Source of the DNA: Alphaproteobacteria bacterium
GTDB taxonomy: Bacteria; Pseudomonadota; Alphaproteobacteria; Micropepsales; Micropepsaceae
DNA length: 64,000 bases
Reading direction: 5' to 3'
Assembly (NCBI GenBank): GCA_016792565.1
Contig: JAEUMK010000014.1
Coordinates: forward strand, 34,968 to 98,967
In this document: one piece after another, positions 9,226 to 20,460 of the stretch
How the letters are laid out: every line of letters starts with the position of its first letter
How positions within the stretch are numbered: position 1 is the first letter of the stretch
Program-made: the position numbers and the translations under genes
Notes under the pieces: model-generated
Database searches by the model: none
The model's input: the letters and a program-made list of their open reading frames with translations, nothing else
Told to the model about the DNA's origin: nothing

Positions 9226-10256
9226 GCGCCGCGCCCGAAGGCCTGCTTTACGTCGGCAGCGATCTCGGCCAGCGCCTTGCGGGCCGCCGGAACGGCGCCA
9301 GACATCGCCGTGAACGAGTGCGACAGCGAATCGTAGCAGCGGTAGACGACGGCGACGCCTGCCGCCTTGAGCCTGGCCGCATACTCCGCGCCCTGCGTCG
9401 TCAGCGGATCGAACCCGGCATTGTAGATGAGTGCGGGCGCGAGGCCCGACTGGTCCGCCTCCAGCGCCGGCGAGACGCGCCAGTCGGTGCGCTCGTCCTG
9501 GCTGTTGAGGTAGTGGCCGGCGAACCAGTCCATCATCGCGGCGGTCAACGGGTAGACATTGGCCATCGAGACCATCGTGCCGCCGGTCGCGGTCCAGTCG
9601 ACGGCGGGATAGATCAGCAGCTGAAGCGCCGGCTGGGCTTTGCCCGCCTTCTTCATCGCATGGCAGACGACATTTGAGAGATAGCCGCCTGCCGAGTCGC
9701 CACCGACGCCGACGCGCTTGCCGTCGGCACCGAGGCTGCGCGCATTGGCGACAGCCCACTCATAGGCGGCGATCGCGTCGTCGACCGAGGCTGGAAACTT
9801 GTCCTCCGGGGCATGTCGATAGTCGACATTGAGGACGATCGCCCGGGCGTCCTCGGCGAGGATCGAGCACCAGGTGTCGCAGGTCCACAGGCCGCCGATG
9901 ACGCAGCCGCCCTGGTGGAAATAGACGAGCAGCGGCTCGCTGCCCGACGCTCCGGAGGGCGTGTAGAGCCTGGCGGGCAGGGCGGCGGCGCCGCCGCCGG
10001 GCACCGTCAAGTCCTTGACGGTCACGCTGGGGCGGCGCTTGGCGTCGATCACCGAGAAGCCCGCCCTCATGCCCTCGCGGACCATCGGCGGCGTCAGCGT
10101 CGAGAGCGCCGGCCCCTTCGACGCCTGCTTGGCCATCAGGGCGATGCGCGGATCGAGCGTCTTGCCGTCGATCGTCGTCTTCGGCCCGGCCATCGCCTGG
10201 ATGATGCCGGACGGCAGGCTGAAGATCAGGCCGGTCATGAAGGTTTGAAGGCTCAT
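9222..10256 (-). CDS. Alpha/beta hydrolase, HSL-family esterase/lipase
   Basis: Start MSLQTF at 10256; HQGG oxyanion motif, YRHAPE, GDSAG nucleophile, D(P)L and HSF catalytic residues. Confidence 0.88.
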   Translation of the reverse strand: MSLQTFMTGLIFSLPSGIIQAMAGPKTTIDGKTLDPRIALMAKQASKGPALSTLTPPMVREGMRAGFSVIDAKRRPSVTVKDLTVPGGGAAALPARLYTPSGASGSEPLLVYFHQGGCVIGGLWTCDTWCSILAEDARAIVLNVDYRHAPEDKFPASVDDAIAAYEWAVANARSLGADGKRVGVGGDSAGGYLSNVVCHAMKKAGKAQPALQLLIYPAVDWTATGGTMVSMANVYPLTAAMMDWFAGHYLNSQDERTDWRVSPALEADQSGLAPALIYNAGFDPLTTQGAEYAARLKAAGVAVVYRCYDSLSHSFTAMSGAVPAARKALAEIAADVKQAFGRGA

Positions 10257-10339
10257 CGCTGTCCCCGGGGCGTTTCGTATGGTTCTCACTGTGCTAGCCT
10301 CGCCCCGCAAGGCTATCAAGACAAGAGCAAGGAAGCGCC

Positions 10340-12058
10340 ATGAGCACGCACGATCTGATCGTCCGGAACGGCACGATCTTCGACGGCACCGGCGCGCCAC
10401 CTTTCGAGGGCGATGTCGCTGTCTCAAGGGGCAGGATTGTCGCCGTGGGCCAGGTTTCGGGCTCCGGCACCGAGGAGATCGACGCCAAAGGCAAGATCGT
10501 CACCCCCGGCTTCGTCGATATCCACACCCACTACGACGGCCAGGCGACCTGGGACAGCCGCCTTAGCCCCTCGTCGATCCATGGCGTCACCACGGCGGTC
10601 TTCGGCAATTGCGGCATCGGCTTTGCCCCGGTGAAGCCGGAGGATCACGACCGCCTGATCAGCCTGATGGAAGGCGTTGAGGACATCCCCCATCCGGTGC
10701 TCGCCGAGGGGCTGAAATGGAACTGGGAGAGCTTTGGCGACTACCTGAACGCCATGGAAGACGTGCCCCACGACATCGACTTCGCGGCGCAACTCCCGCA
10801 CGGGGCCTTGCGCGTCTATGTGATGGGCGAGCGCGGTGCGAAGCAGGAACCGGCGACGGACCAGGACATTTTCCGCATGGCGGCGCTCGCCCGCGAGGCG
10901 ATGCGTGACGGGGCGCTCGGCTTTTCCACTTCGCGCACGCTCAACCACAAGACCGCCGACGGCAACAACACGCCCTCCTACGGCGCGGCCGAGAAGGAGC
11001 TGGTCGGCATCGCCATGGGGCTGAAGCAGGCCGGCATGGGAGTGCTTCAGGTCGTCACCGATTTCCCCGGCGGCGAGGCGGAGTTCAACGTGCTGCGCCG
11101 CATGGCCGAGGCCTCGGGCCGTCCGCTCTCGGTCAGCCTCGCGCAGTCGCCGCTCGCCCCCGGCCTCTACAAGGACGTGCTCGGCTGGCTGAAGCAGGCG
11201 AACGACGACGGGCTGGAGATGCGGGCCCAGGTGGCGGGCCGTCCGGTCGGACTGCTGCTCGGCCTGGCGCTGACGCTCAATCCGTTCATCGCCCACACCG
11301 CCTACAAGGAGATCGCTGACAAGAGCCTCGAGGAGAGGCTGGCGGCACTGCGCGATCCGTGGTTCCGGGCGAAGCTTCTGGCCGAAACGCCGCGCGCCGA
11401 CCATCCCTTCGTCAAATCGGTGCTGCGCGGCTTCGGCGCGATGTTCGAACTGGGCGATCCGCCGAATTACGAGCCGCTGCCGGAGCATTCTGTCGCCGCC
11501 CGCGCGGCGGCCCGCGGCGTGAGCCCAGAGGAATACGCGCTCGATGTCATCACGGCAGGCGACGGGCGCGGCGCGCTCTACCTCACCTTCCTAAACTACG
11601 CGGACGGTTCGCTCGATCCATCGTTCGAAATGATGAACCACCCCAACACGGTGCTCGGCCTCTCGGACGGCGGCGCGCATCTGGGGACGATCTGCGACGG
11701 CTCGTTCCCGACCTCGAACCTCATTCACTGGACGCGCGACCGCACGCGCGGGCCCAAGATGAAGCTGGAGACGATGATCGCCAAGCAGACCCGCGGCACG
11801 GCCGAGGCGGTCGGCCTCCTCGATCGCGGCCTGCTGAAACCCGGCTGCAAGGGTGACATCAACGTCATCGACTACGACAATCTGCGGCTGCACGCGCCGA
11901 CCATTCTCTACGACCTGCCCTCGGGCGGGCGGCGGCTGATGCAGTATGCCGACGGCTACACCGCAACGATCGTCAGCGGCCGTCCGGTCTATCGCGACGG
12001 CCAGCCGACCGGCGCGCTGCCGGGGCGACTGGTGCGCGGCGCGCGCGACGCGGCCTGA
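10340..12058 (+). CDS. N-acyl-D-amino-acid deacylase family amidohydrolase
   Basis: PGFVDIHTHYD, GVTTAVFGNCG, SDGGAH, KGDINVID. Confidence 0.9.
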   Translation: MSTHDLIVRNGTIFDGTGAPPFEGDVAVSRGRIVAVGQVSGSGTEEIDAKGKIVTPGFVDIHTHYDGQATWDSRLSPSSIHGVTTAVFGNCGIGFAPVKPEDHDRLISLMEGVEDIPHPVLAEGLKWNWESFGDYLNAMEDVPHDIDFAAQLPHGALRVYVMGERGAKQEPATDQDIFRMAALAREAMRDGALGFSTSRTLNHKTADGNNTPSYGAAEKELVGIAMGLKQAGMGVLQVVTDFPGGEAEFNVLRRMAEASGRPLSVSLAQSPLAPGLYKDVLGWLKQANDDGLEMRAQVAGRPVGLLLGLALTLNPFIAHTAYKEIADKSLEERLAALRDPWFRAKLLAETPRADHPFVKSVLRGFGAMFELGDPPNYEPLPEHSVAARAAARGVSPEEYALDVITAGDGRGALYLTFLNYADGSLDPSFEMMNHPNTVLGLSDGGAHLGTICDGSFPTSNLIHWTRDRTRGPKMKLETMIAKQTRGTAEAVGLLDRGLLKPGCKGDINVIDYDNLRLHAPTILYDLPSGGRRLMQYADGYTATIVSGRPVYRDGQPTGALPGRLVRGARDAA

Positions 12059-12077
12059 CGGCGGAAAGGAAAATACG

Positions 12078-13151
12078 ATGGCAGAAGATCTTCTCGTATC
12101 GCGGGATGCGCTCGGGACCACGCGGATCGCCGCCGCGGCGGCGCGGGCGCTGGAGGACGGCGAGGCGCGGCTGAAGGTTGACGCCTTCTCGCTCACCGCC
12201 AACAACGTCACCTACGGCGTCTTCGGAACGGCGATGAAGTACTGGGACTTCTTCCCGGCGGCGGAAGGCTTCGGCCGCGTGCCGGTCTGGGGCTTCGCGA
12301 CGGTCGCGGAAAGCCGCGCCGAAGGCGTCGCGCCGGGCGCCCGGGTCTATGGCTATCTGCCCATGTCGGACACGCTGATCGTGCGGCCGGGCGCGGTGAA
12401 GGCGAGCGGGTTCTCCGACGTCTCGGCGCACCGCGCGCATCTGGCGGCGGTTTACAACAACTATGTCTTCACGGCTTCCGACCCGCTCTACACGGCGGAC
12501 ACCGAGGCGTTGCAGATGCTGTTCCGTCCGCTCTTCACGACATCGTTCCTGATTGACGATTTCCTCGCCGACAACGGTTTCTTCGGCGCGCGCCAGGTGA
12601 TCTTCTCCAGCGCCTCCGCCAAGACCGCCTATGCGACTGCCGGGCTGCTGAAGGCGCGCGGCGGCGTGACGGTCGCCGGGCTCACCTCGCCCGGCAATAT
12701 CGGTTTCGTGAAAGAGCTCGGCTGCTACGGCGCGGTCGTTCCCTATGATGCGATCGAGACGCTCGACGCCGCGACGCCCAGCGTCTTCGTCGACATCGCC
12801 GGCGACGCGGCGGTGCGCGGGCGGGTCCATCGCCATTTCCGCGACGCGCTGGCCTATTCCTGCGCGGTCGGCGCGACGCACTGGGAACACGGCGGCGGCG
12901 GCGGCGACCTCCCGGGGCCTCAGCCGCAATTGTTCTTTGCGCCGAACCAGGTCGCCAAGCGGATCAAGGACTGGGGCCCGACGGGCTTCGCGCAGAAGAC
13001 GGCCGACGCCTGGCGCGCCTTCCTGCCGGTCGCCGTCGCGTCGACACGGGTTGTCGAGGGCAGGGGGCTCGCCGCTGCCGGCAAGGTCTTCGCCGATCTC
13101 GTCTCAGGCCGCGTCAAGGCCGACGAGGGGCATGTGATCCGCCTCGGCTGA
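12078..13151 (+). CDS. DUF2855 family protein
   Basis: AAGGA RBS; FSLTANNVTY, YWDFFP, VPVWGFA, LFRPLFTTSFLIDDFL, SSASAKTA recalled from DUF2855. Confidence 0.75.
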   Translation: MAEDLLVSRDALGTTRIAAAAARALEDGEARLKVDAFSLTANNVTYGVFGTAMKYWDFFPAAEGFGRVPVWGFATVAESRAEGVAPGARVYGYLPMSDTLIVRPGAVKASGFSDVSAHRAHLAAVYNNYVFTASDPLYTADTEALQMLFRPLFTTSFLIDDFLADNGFFGARQVIFSSASAKTAYATAGLLKARGGVTVAGLTSPGNIGFVKELGCYGAVVPYDAIETLDAATPSVFVDIAGDAAVRGRVHRHFRDALAYSCAVGATHWEHGGGGGDLPGPQPQLFFAPNQVAKRIKDWGPTGFAQKTADAWRAFLPVAVASTRVVEGRGLAAAGKVFADLVSGRVKADEGHVIRLG

Positions 13152-13237
13152 TACGCCTAGTGCGCGTGGGCGTGGGGCGGGCGGGCGCGAGGCCCGTGGT
13201 CATGGGGCCGTTGGTCGTTGGGCTAGGGGCGGTGGGC

Positions 13238-13461
13238 GACATCAGGGAACTGCTGCGCCTCTCGGCCCACCCGAAGCGCCGTGCGCCGCGGCGGACCGTA
13301 TCGCCGCGCATCAGCTTGCCGAGGTCGAACGCAAGATCTCGCGCCTGAAAGCGCTGCGGCGCGAACTGAAGCGCAAGAGCGAGGGTCCGCACGGCAGGCT
13401 CGGCGAGTGCCGCATCATCGAGACGCTCGCCGATCATCGGTTCTGCGGAGCTGGCCCCTGA
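13238..13461 (+). pseudogene. 5'-truncated, frameshifted MerR-family (CadR/ZntR-like) regulator remnant
   Basis: DIRELLRLSAHPKR (from 13238), a one-base slip near 13278, then PCAAADRIAAHQLAEVERKISRLKALRREL...ECRIIETLADHRFC to TGA 13459-13461. No HTH or start codon. Confidence 0.72.
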
Positions 13462-13476
13462 GCGGCGCGGCCGCTT

Positions 13477-14370
13477 TCAGGCGATCCGGTCGCTGACCCA
13501 GCCTGCTCCGGCCGCGATCGCCGCGCGCGCCTCGCCCAGCAACGGGGCGAACATGTGGAACACATGCTGCTGGCCGGGCCAGACTTCGAGCCGCACCTCG
13601 ACATCGGCGCGACTGGCGTTTGCGGCGAGCCCGAGCGAATCGTCCAGCAACGTCTCGGCGGAGCCGACCTGAATGAGCAGCGGCGGCAGGCCTGCGAGGT
13701 CGCCGAAGAGCGGACTGCAGGGCGCTGCCCTCAGGTCTCCACCGGCTGCATAGGCGGCCGCATAGGCGTCGAGGCTGGCGGCCGAGACGATGAGATCCTC
13801 ATCCGCCTTTGAGGACATCGTGCCGCTGGCGTTGGTGAGATCGACCCAGGGCGAGATGCACCAGCCGCCCGCCGGGCTGGGCAAGCCTGCCTCGCGCAGA
13901 GCGAGCAGTGTCGCGACGGTGAGCCCGCCGCCCGCCGAATCGCCCGCGATGACGATGCGGCCGGGCTTCAAGCCCTGGTCCAGCAGAAAGCGATAGGCGA
14001 CGACAGCGTCCTCGATCGCCGCAGGACAGGGGTGCTCGGGTGCGAGGCGGTAGTCGAGCGAGAGGACACGACCCTCGAACGCGGCAGCGAGCGCCGTGGT
14101 CAACGCCCGGTGCGTTGCGATGGAGCCGATCGCGTAGCCGCCGCCATGCAGATAGAGGATCGCCGCATCGCCGGCTGCATCCGGGCGCGCCTGCCATTCC
14201 GCTGGAACGCCGTTCGCCGTCACAGGGGTCAGCGTAACGCCGGCGGCTTGCGGCAGGACGGCGGTGGAAGCCTCCATGGCGGCGCGCTGAGCCGGCCATC
14301 CGGTCGGCCGCTCGCGCAGCCGCGACTCGCGCAGCATGGCATTGATGGCATGGAGTTCGTCGGCGCTCAT
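13477..14370 (-). CDS. Alpha/beta hydrolase, HSL-family esterase
   Basis: LHGGGY, DYRLAPEH, AGDSAGG, SPWVDL, QQHVF. Confidence 0.92.
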   Translation of the reverse strand: MSADELHAINAMLRESRLRERPTGWPAQRAAMEASTAVLPQAAGVTLTPVTANGVPAEWQARPDAAGDAAILYLHGGGYAIGSIATHRALTTALAAAFEGRVLSLDYRLAPEHPCPAAIEDAVVAYRFLLDQGLKPGRIVIAGDSAGGGLTVATLLALREAGLPSPAGGWCISPWVDLTNASGTMSSKADEDLIVSAASLDAYAAAYAAGGDLRAAPCSPLFGDLAGLPPLLIQVGSAETLLDDSLGLAANASRADVEVRLEVWPGQQHVFHMFAPLLGEARAAIAAGAGWVSDRIA

Positions 14371-14405
14371 GAAGCGTCTCCTCGTTGATCGGCTGTGACG
14401 CCGGT

Positions 14406-15023
14406 TCAGGCTGCGTCCTGCGTCGCCGCGACGCAGTGCGGCAAAGCCTTGTAGCCGCCCAGGAAAAGTGCAGTGGCGAAGGCCGCTGCACCCTGCGGGT
14501 CGATCGGGTCGCGCTTGAGCATGTACTCTGCGATCTCAAAGCCGAGGCCCACGAATGAGGCGACGAGGAAGTCGACGTCCACCGGCGGGAAGAGGCCGTC
14601 CCCGATCGCCTGCGCGAGGTCGGCGCGCAGTTCGTCGAAGCCGGCGATGATTTCGGGCGTGTCCATCCTGATACGGATCGCATCGGCATTGCGACGGATC
14701 ACTGCGAAGGCGCGCCGATCCTCGGCGACCGACTCAAAGAATGTCACAAAGGTGCCGCTGACGAACTCGTCGATCGTGCGCGCGCGCTTGCGCTCCTCCC
14801 GCAGCCGCGGACGAACGCGCAGCGCCGTCTCGTCCTGGATCGCCTCGAAGACCTCTTCCTTGGACTTGAAGTAGTTGTAGAAGGTGCCGCTCGCCAGATC
14901 GGTCGCGCGAATGATGTCCCGCACCGTCGTCGCGCCATAGCCAAGCCTCGAGAACACATCGCGCGCCGCTTCCAGGATCGCCGTCCGGTTGTTCTTTTTG
15001 GTCTGCTCGCGTTTACCGCTCAT
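14406..15023 (-). CDS. TetR/AcrR family transcriptional regulator
   Basis: Start MSGKREQ; HTH ILEAARDVF...TTVRDI...GTFYNYFKSKEEVF. Confidence 0.92.
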   Translation of the reverse strand: MSGKREQTKKNNRTAILEAARDVFSRLGYGATTVRDIIRATDLASGTFYNYFKSKEEVFEAIQDETALRVRPRLREERKRARTIDEFVSGTFVTFFESVAEDRRAFAVIRRNADAIRIRMDTPEIIAGFDELRADLAQAIGDGLFPPVDVDFLVASFVGLGFEIAEYMLKRDPIDPQGAAAFATALFLGGYKALPHCVAATQDAA

Positions 15024-15140
15024 AGATTTCCCCTTGAGGCCGACGGGCATACGTTCTTGAAGACAAGGCGTCAATTTTTGAGGGCGGAGCGCAACAAGAT
15101 TCCGGCCAGAACCGGGGTCGCATGCTGTCTTGCTCTATCG

Positions 15141-15168
15141 TTGACGTAAGCGTCATGTTGACCGGTCA
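15141..15168. promoter_or_regulatory. Tandem palindromic operators: LiuR-like TGACGTAAGCGTCA and TGACCGGTCA
   Basis: TGACG-N4-CGTCA at 15142-15155 (starts within a TTGACG -35-like hexamer) and a perfect TGACCGGTCA at 15159-15168, between divergent tetR and thiolase. Confidence 0.55.
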
Positions 15169-15255
15169 TCTGACCGCGCCTAGTTCGCTGTCCAGGACTA
15201 TTCGAGGGCCGTCAGGCGATCCGGCTAATGCTGGCCCCGTCAGGGAGATCAAGCC

Positions 15256-16461
<1,206 letters not shown>

Positions 16462-16474
16462 GGGAGGGATCGCC

Positions 16475-18682
16475 ATGACCGCCTACGAAACCTTCAAGTT
16501 CTCGGTCGACAGCGACGGCATCGCCACCGCGGTGTTCGACGTCCCCGGCCGCTCGATGAATACGCTGACCGCCACGGTGCTGAAGGAGATCACGCTGATC
16601 GCCGAGCGCATCGGCGCCGATCCCGCCATCAAGGGCGCAGTCATTACCTCGGGCAAGACGTCGGGCTTCTGCGCCGGCGCGGACCTCGGCGAAATGGGCG
16701 AGAACGCCGGCGGCGACGCCCGCCTCTCCGAGCAGGAGCGCCTGCAGCGCGCCTTCGACAGCGCCTACGGCTTCAACAAGGTGCTGCGCGGGCTCGAGAC
16801 CTGCGGCAAGCCGATTGCGGCCGCGATCAACGGCCTGGCGCTGGGCGGCGGGCTTGAGGTGACGCTCGCCTGCCACTACCGCGTCGTCAGCGACAGTCCG
16901 AAGATCCAGCTCGGCCTGCCGGAATCGAAGATCGGCCTGCTGCCCGGCGGCGGCGGCACGCAGCGCCTGCCGAGGCTAATCGGCGCGCAGAAGGCGCTGG
17001 AGCTGATCAACGCGGGCAATCCCGTCTCGCCGCAGGAAGCGGTGAAAATCGGCATCGTGCATGCGACCGCCGCGCCGGGCACCGAAGTCTCCACCGCCAA
17101 GGACTGGATCCGCGCCAAGGGCGATCCGGTACAGCCCTGGGACAAGAAGGACTACAAGGTGCCGGGCGGCACGCCGCACAGCCCCGGCGGGGCGGGGGTC
17201 TTCACCATCGGTAACGCGCTGCTGCGCAAGAATTCGTACGGAAACTATCCGGCGCAGAAGTTCATCATGTCCTGCGTCTATGAGGGGCTGCAGGTGCCCA
17301 TGGACGCGGCCCTGCGTATCGAGTCGCGCTACTTCGCCAAGCTGCTGATGCACCCGGCGGCGAAGAACATGATCCGCTCGATGTTTCTCTCGATGCAGGA
17401 ACTGGGCAAGGGCGCGCGCCGCCCGGCGGGCCAGCCGCCGAGTGATGCGAGAAAGGTGACCGTGATCGGAGCCGGCATGATGGGCGCGGGCATCGCCTAT
17501 GTGCAGGCGATGGCCGGCATCGAGACTGTCCTGATCGACACCACCATCGAGGCGGCGGAGAAGGGCAAGGCCTACTCGGCCGCGCTGCTCGTCAAGCAGG
17601 TGGAGCGAGGCAAGATGGCGAAGGAGAAGGCCGATGCCGTACTCGCGCTGATCAAGCCGACGACCGACTATGCCGACGTGAAGGGCTCGGACCTCGTCGT
17701 CGAAGCGGTGTTCGAGAACCGCGAGATCAAGGCGGCGGTCACCAAACTGGCGGAGGCCGAACTCTCGCCCGGCGCGATCTTCGGCTCGAACACCTCGACA
17801 TTGCCGATCACCGGCCTCGCCGAGGCGAGCCGCCGGCCGGAGAACTTCATCGGCATCCACTTCTTCTCGCCGGTGGACAAGATGGGCCTCGTCGAACTCA
17901 TCCTCGGCAAGAAGACCGCGCCGCGCGCCGTCGCGGTGGCGATCGACTACGTGAAGAAGATCCGCAAGACGCCGATCGTCGTGAACGACAGCCGCGGCTT
18001 CTACACCTCGCGCTGCTTCGGCACCTATGTCGCCGAGGGTCAGGAGATGCTGGCCGAGGGCATCGCCCCGGCGATCGTCGACAATGTCGGGCGCATGACA
18101 GGCATGCCGCGCGGTCCGCTGGAGCTCGCCGACGATGTCGCGCTCGACCTTGCCTACAAGGTGCGCGAGCAGACGAAGAAGGACCTGGGTAGCGCCTATG
18201 TCGCTGGTCCCTCGGACGCGCTCATCGAGGCTCTGGTCGTCAAGCATGGTCGCCTTGGCCGCAAGAACGCCAAGGGCTTCTACGACTACCCGGCGAACAA
18301 AGGCCCCAAGACGCTGTGGCCGGGTCTCTCCGACCTCGTAGCCATCGAGGTGACCGAGGCAGACCCGGCGGCGGTGGAAGAACTCAAGAAGCGCTTCCTC
18401 TATCGCCAGGCGGTCGAGGCGGCGCGCTGCGTCGCCGAAGGTGTCGTCACCGATCCGCGCGACGGCGATGTCGGGGCGATCCTCGGCTGGGGCTTCGCGC
18501 CCTGGACCGGCGGTCCGATCAGCCTGATCGACACGGTCGGTCTGGCGAAGTTCGTCGAGGAGTGCGACCGCATGGCCCAGGCCTACGGCCCCCGCTTCGC
18601 CCCGCCGCAATTGCTGCGCGACATGGCGGCCAGGGGCGAGACCCTTTACGGGAACTGGAAGGCCGCCCCAAAGGCTGCCTGA
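16475..18682 (+). CDS. fadB: Multifunctional enoyl-CoA hydratase / 3-hydroxyacyl-CoA dehydrogenase (FadB/FadJ-like)
   Basis: Crotonase domain ([17 protein letters not shown]) then Rossmann [22 protein letters not shown]. Confidence 0.93.
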   Translation: MTAYETFKFSVDSDGIATAVFDVPGRSMNTLTATVLKEITLIAERIGADPAIKGAVITSGKTSGFCAGADLGEMGENAGGDARLSEQERLQRAFDSAYGFNKVLRGLETCGKPIAAAINGLALGGGLEVTLACHYRVVSDSPKIQLGLPESKIGLLPGGGGTQRLPRLIGAQKALELINAGNPVSPQEAVKIGIVHATAAPGTEVSTAKDWIRAKGDPVQPWDKKDYKVPGGTPHSPGGAGVFTIGNALLRKNSYGNYPAQKFIMSCVYEGLQVPMDAALRIESRYFAKLLMHPAAKNMIRSMFLSMQELGKGARRPAGQPPSDARKVTVIGAGMMGAGIAYVQAMAGIETVLIDTTIEAAEKGKAYSAALLVKQVERGKMAKEKADAVLALIKPTTDYADVKGSDLVVEAVFENREIKAAVTKLAEAELSPGAIFGSNTSTLPITGLAEASRRPENFIGIHFFSPVDKMGLVELILGKKTAPRAVAVAIDYVKKIRKTPIVVNDSRGFYTSRCFGTYVAEGQEMLAEGIAPAIVDNVGRMTGMPRGPLELADDVALDLAYKVREQTKKDLGSAYVAGPSDALIEALVVKHGRLGRKNAKGFYDYPANKGPKTLWPGLSDLVAIEVTEADPAAVEELKKRFLYRQAVEAARCVAEGVVTDPRDGDVGAILGWGFAPWTGGPISLIDTVGLAKFVEECDRMAQAYGPRFAPPQLLRDMAARGETLYGNWKAAPKAA

Positions 18683-18709
18683 CGTCCCCGATGTGACGAT
18701 CGAGCGAAT

Positions 18710-18734
18710 GGCCGGGTCAAAAACCCGGCCTTTT
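18710..18734 (+). terminator. Rho-independent terminator of the thiolase-fadB operon
   Basis: GGCCGGGT-caaaa-ACCCGGCC followed by TTTT. Confidence 0.75.
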
Positions 18735-18853
18735 CGCGCCGATTGTGAGGGATTTCGCAAACTGAGCGGGTCGATGGTTCCGCTTTTCGCCGCAATTGCG
18801 TAAGAAGACGCCCGTCCGGGGCCGTTCGGCCCGCCTCTTGGGGAGCTTTCACC

Positions 18854-20404
18854 ATGCGTCTCAATCTGTCCGCCCTGTTCCTGTCCACCGCCCTCGCTAC
18901 CAGCTTCGGCGCCGGAGCCGCGGTGCTGCTCGCCCCCATCGCACCGATCGCGCAGGCGCAGGATGCCGGTATGGGCTTGCCGAGCGAAGTCGACGTCGAT
19001 GCGCTGCTCAAGCTTCTGCCGCCCGAGGTCAAGGCTAGCTACGAGTCGAAATCCTATGATGCGTTGTCGGGCTTCACGACGATCAAAAATCTGAAGTTCG
19101 CCGATCCCGCCAACGAGGCCGGCAACAATGTGGTCATCGGCTTGGTCAGCCTGCGCGGCCTAGACTTGGCGGCGTTCGAGTATGTCTTCGACTTCGCCAA
19201 GTATGGCGCGACACCGGACGAGACCTTCAAACAACTGTTCGGCGAGGTCATCGTGAACGGGGTCACGATCACGGCGAACGGCGCCCCCGCCGGCTCGATC
19301 GAGAGCCTCGCGTTCGGCGGCGTGCAGATGAAGCAGCTTCAGGTGAAGCCGCCGGGCACCGGCGGTGCGCCAGCCTCCGAAATCGACGGCATCAAATTCG
19401 CCGGCGCGCTGTTGGACAGCATCATCGCCGGCCCGCTGGAGCTGACCAATCTCGCGGTCGACTCCGAGGGCAGCAAGATCACGATCGGTCGCGCCGCGCT
19501 CGGAGGCTACACGCGCGGCCAGTACGGTAACTCGGAGCTCTCGGGGTTCGAGGCGACCGGCGACGGCAATATGACGAAGATGGCCTCGGCCCGCTCTGAC
19601 GGCGGCGACCTCTCCAAGGTGCTGCCCTGGATGGTGAAGGGCGAGCTGCCGCCCGTCGCGCCAGAGCCGCTGCTCTATATCGGCGCCGGCAACGTCAGCG
19701 GCCTGGAATACGACATCATGGGTACCAAGGTGTCGATCGCCTCCTATGGCGTCGATGCGATCAACTTCTTCTGGCTGGTTCCGTCACAGTTCAAGATGAA
19801 CATGACGGACATGATCGTCATTCCGGCCGCATCGGATGCTGCCCAGCTCCAGGAACTCGGCATTAGCCAGCTCGACATGGACTTCGGGCTCGAGTGGACC
19901 TTCGACGGCGCCGCCGGCACGGCGCAGCTGAAGGAGCTGCGGATCGACGAGAGCAGCCTCTTCAACACCAATCTGTCGGTCGATCTGACGGGCCTCAATC
20001 TTTCCCAGCTGGTCGATCCCAACATGATGCAGATGGCGGTCATGCAGATCGGGATCACTGGCGCGAAGCTGTTCGTGAAGAACAACGGCGGCGTCGACAA
20101 GATACTCGCCGCCGCCGCGAAGGAAGAGGGCTCCACTCCCGACGCGATGCGTCAGCAGATCCTCGACCAGATGAGCGCGATGGAGGCCGGCATGCCGGGC
20201 CCAGACGGCCAGCCGGTTCCGCTCAGCGACCGGATGAAGGGCATCGTTGCGGCTCTGAAGGCGTTCGTCACCTCGCCGGGCACGCTGACGGTAACCATGC
20301 AGCCGGCCCAGCCGATCAACGCCATGAATGGCATGGGCGCGATGATGGACCCGATGGCCGCCGCCGATGCGCTCGGCATCACGGTCGAATCCACGCCGCA
20401 GTAA
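18854..20404 (+). CDS. Exported protein of unknown function (516 aa), paralog of 21974..23554
   Basis: GGGGAG RBS, long signal peptide ending AQA, alternating beta-strand-like pattern, C-terminal KAFVTSPGTLTVTMQPAQP. Confidence 0.85.
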   Translation: MRLNLSALFLSTALATSFGAGAAVLLAPIAPIAQAQDAGMGLPSEVDVDALLKLLPPEVKASYESKSYDALSGFTTIKNLKFADPANEAGNNVVIGLVSLRGLDLAAFEYVFDFAKYGATPDETFKQLFGEVIVNGVTITANGAPAGSIESLAFGGVQMKQLQVKPPGTGGAPASEIDGIKFAGALLDSIIAGPLELTNLAVDSEGSKITIGRAALGGYTRGQYGNSELSGFEATGDGNMTKMASARSDGGDLSKVLPWMVKGELPPVAPEPLLYIGAGNVSGLEYDIMGTKVSIASYGVDAINFFWLVPSQFKMNMTDMIVIPAASDAAQLQELGISQLDMDFGLEWTFDGAAGTAQLKELRIDESSLFNTNLSVDLTGLNLSQLVDPNMMQMAVMQIGITGAKLFVKNNGGVDKILAAAAKEEGSTPDAMRQQILDQMSAMEAGMPGPDGQPVPLSDRMKGIVAALKAFVTSPGTLTVTMQPAQPINAMNGMGAMMDPMAAADALGITVESTPQ

Positions 20405-20426
20405 GCGCGCGTCGCACCTCAACCTG

Positions 20427-20460
20427 AAGCGGCGCGCCTCCGGGCGCGCCGCTTTCATTT
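20427..20460. terminator. Terminator hairpin between convergent genes, possibly bidirectional
   Basis: AAGCGGCGCGCC-tccg-GGCGCGCCGCTT then TCATTT. Confidence 0.75.

Noticed and set aside
13168-13185. G-quadruplex motif GGGCGTGGGGCGGGCGGG near the MerR truncation
   Set aside because: Such motifs are expected by chance at this GC content, and there is no independent support.
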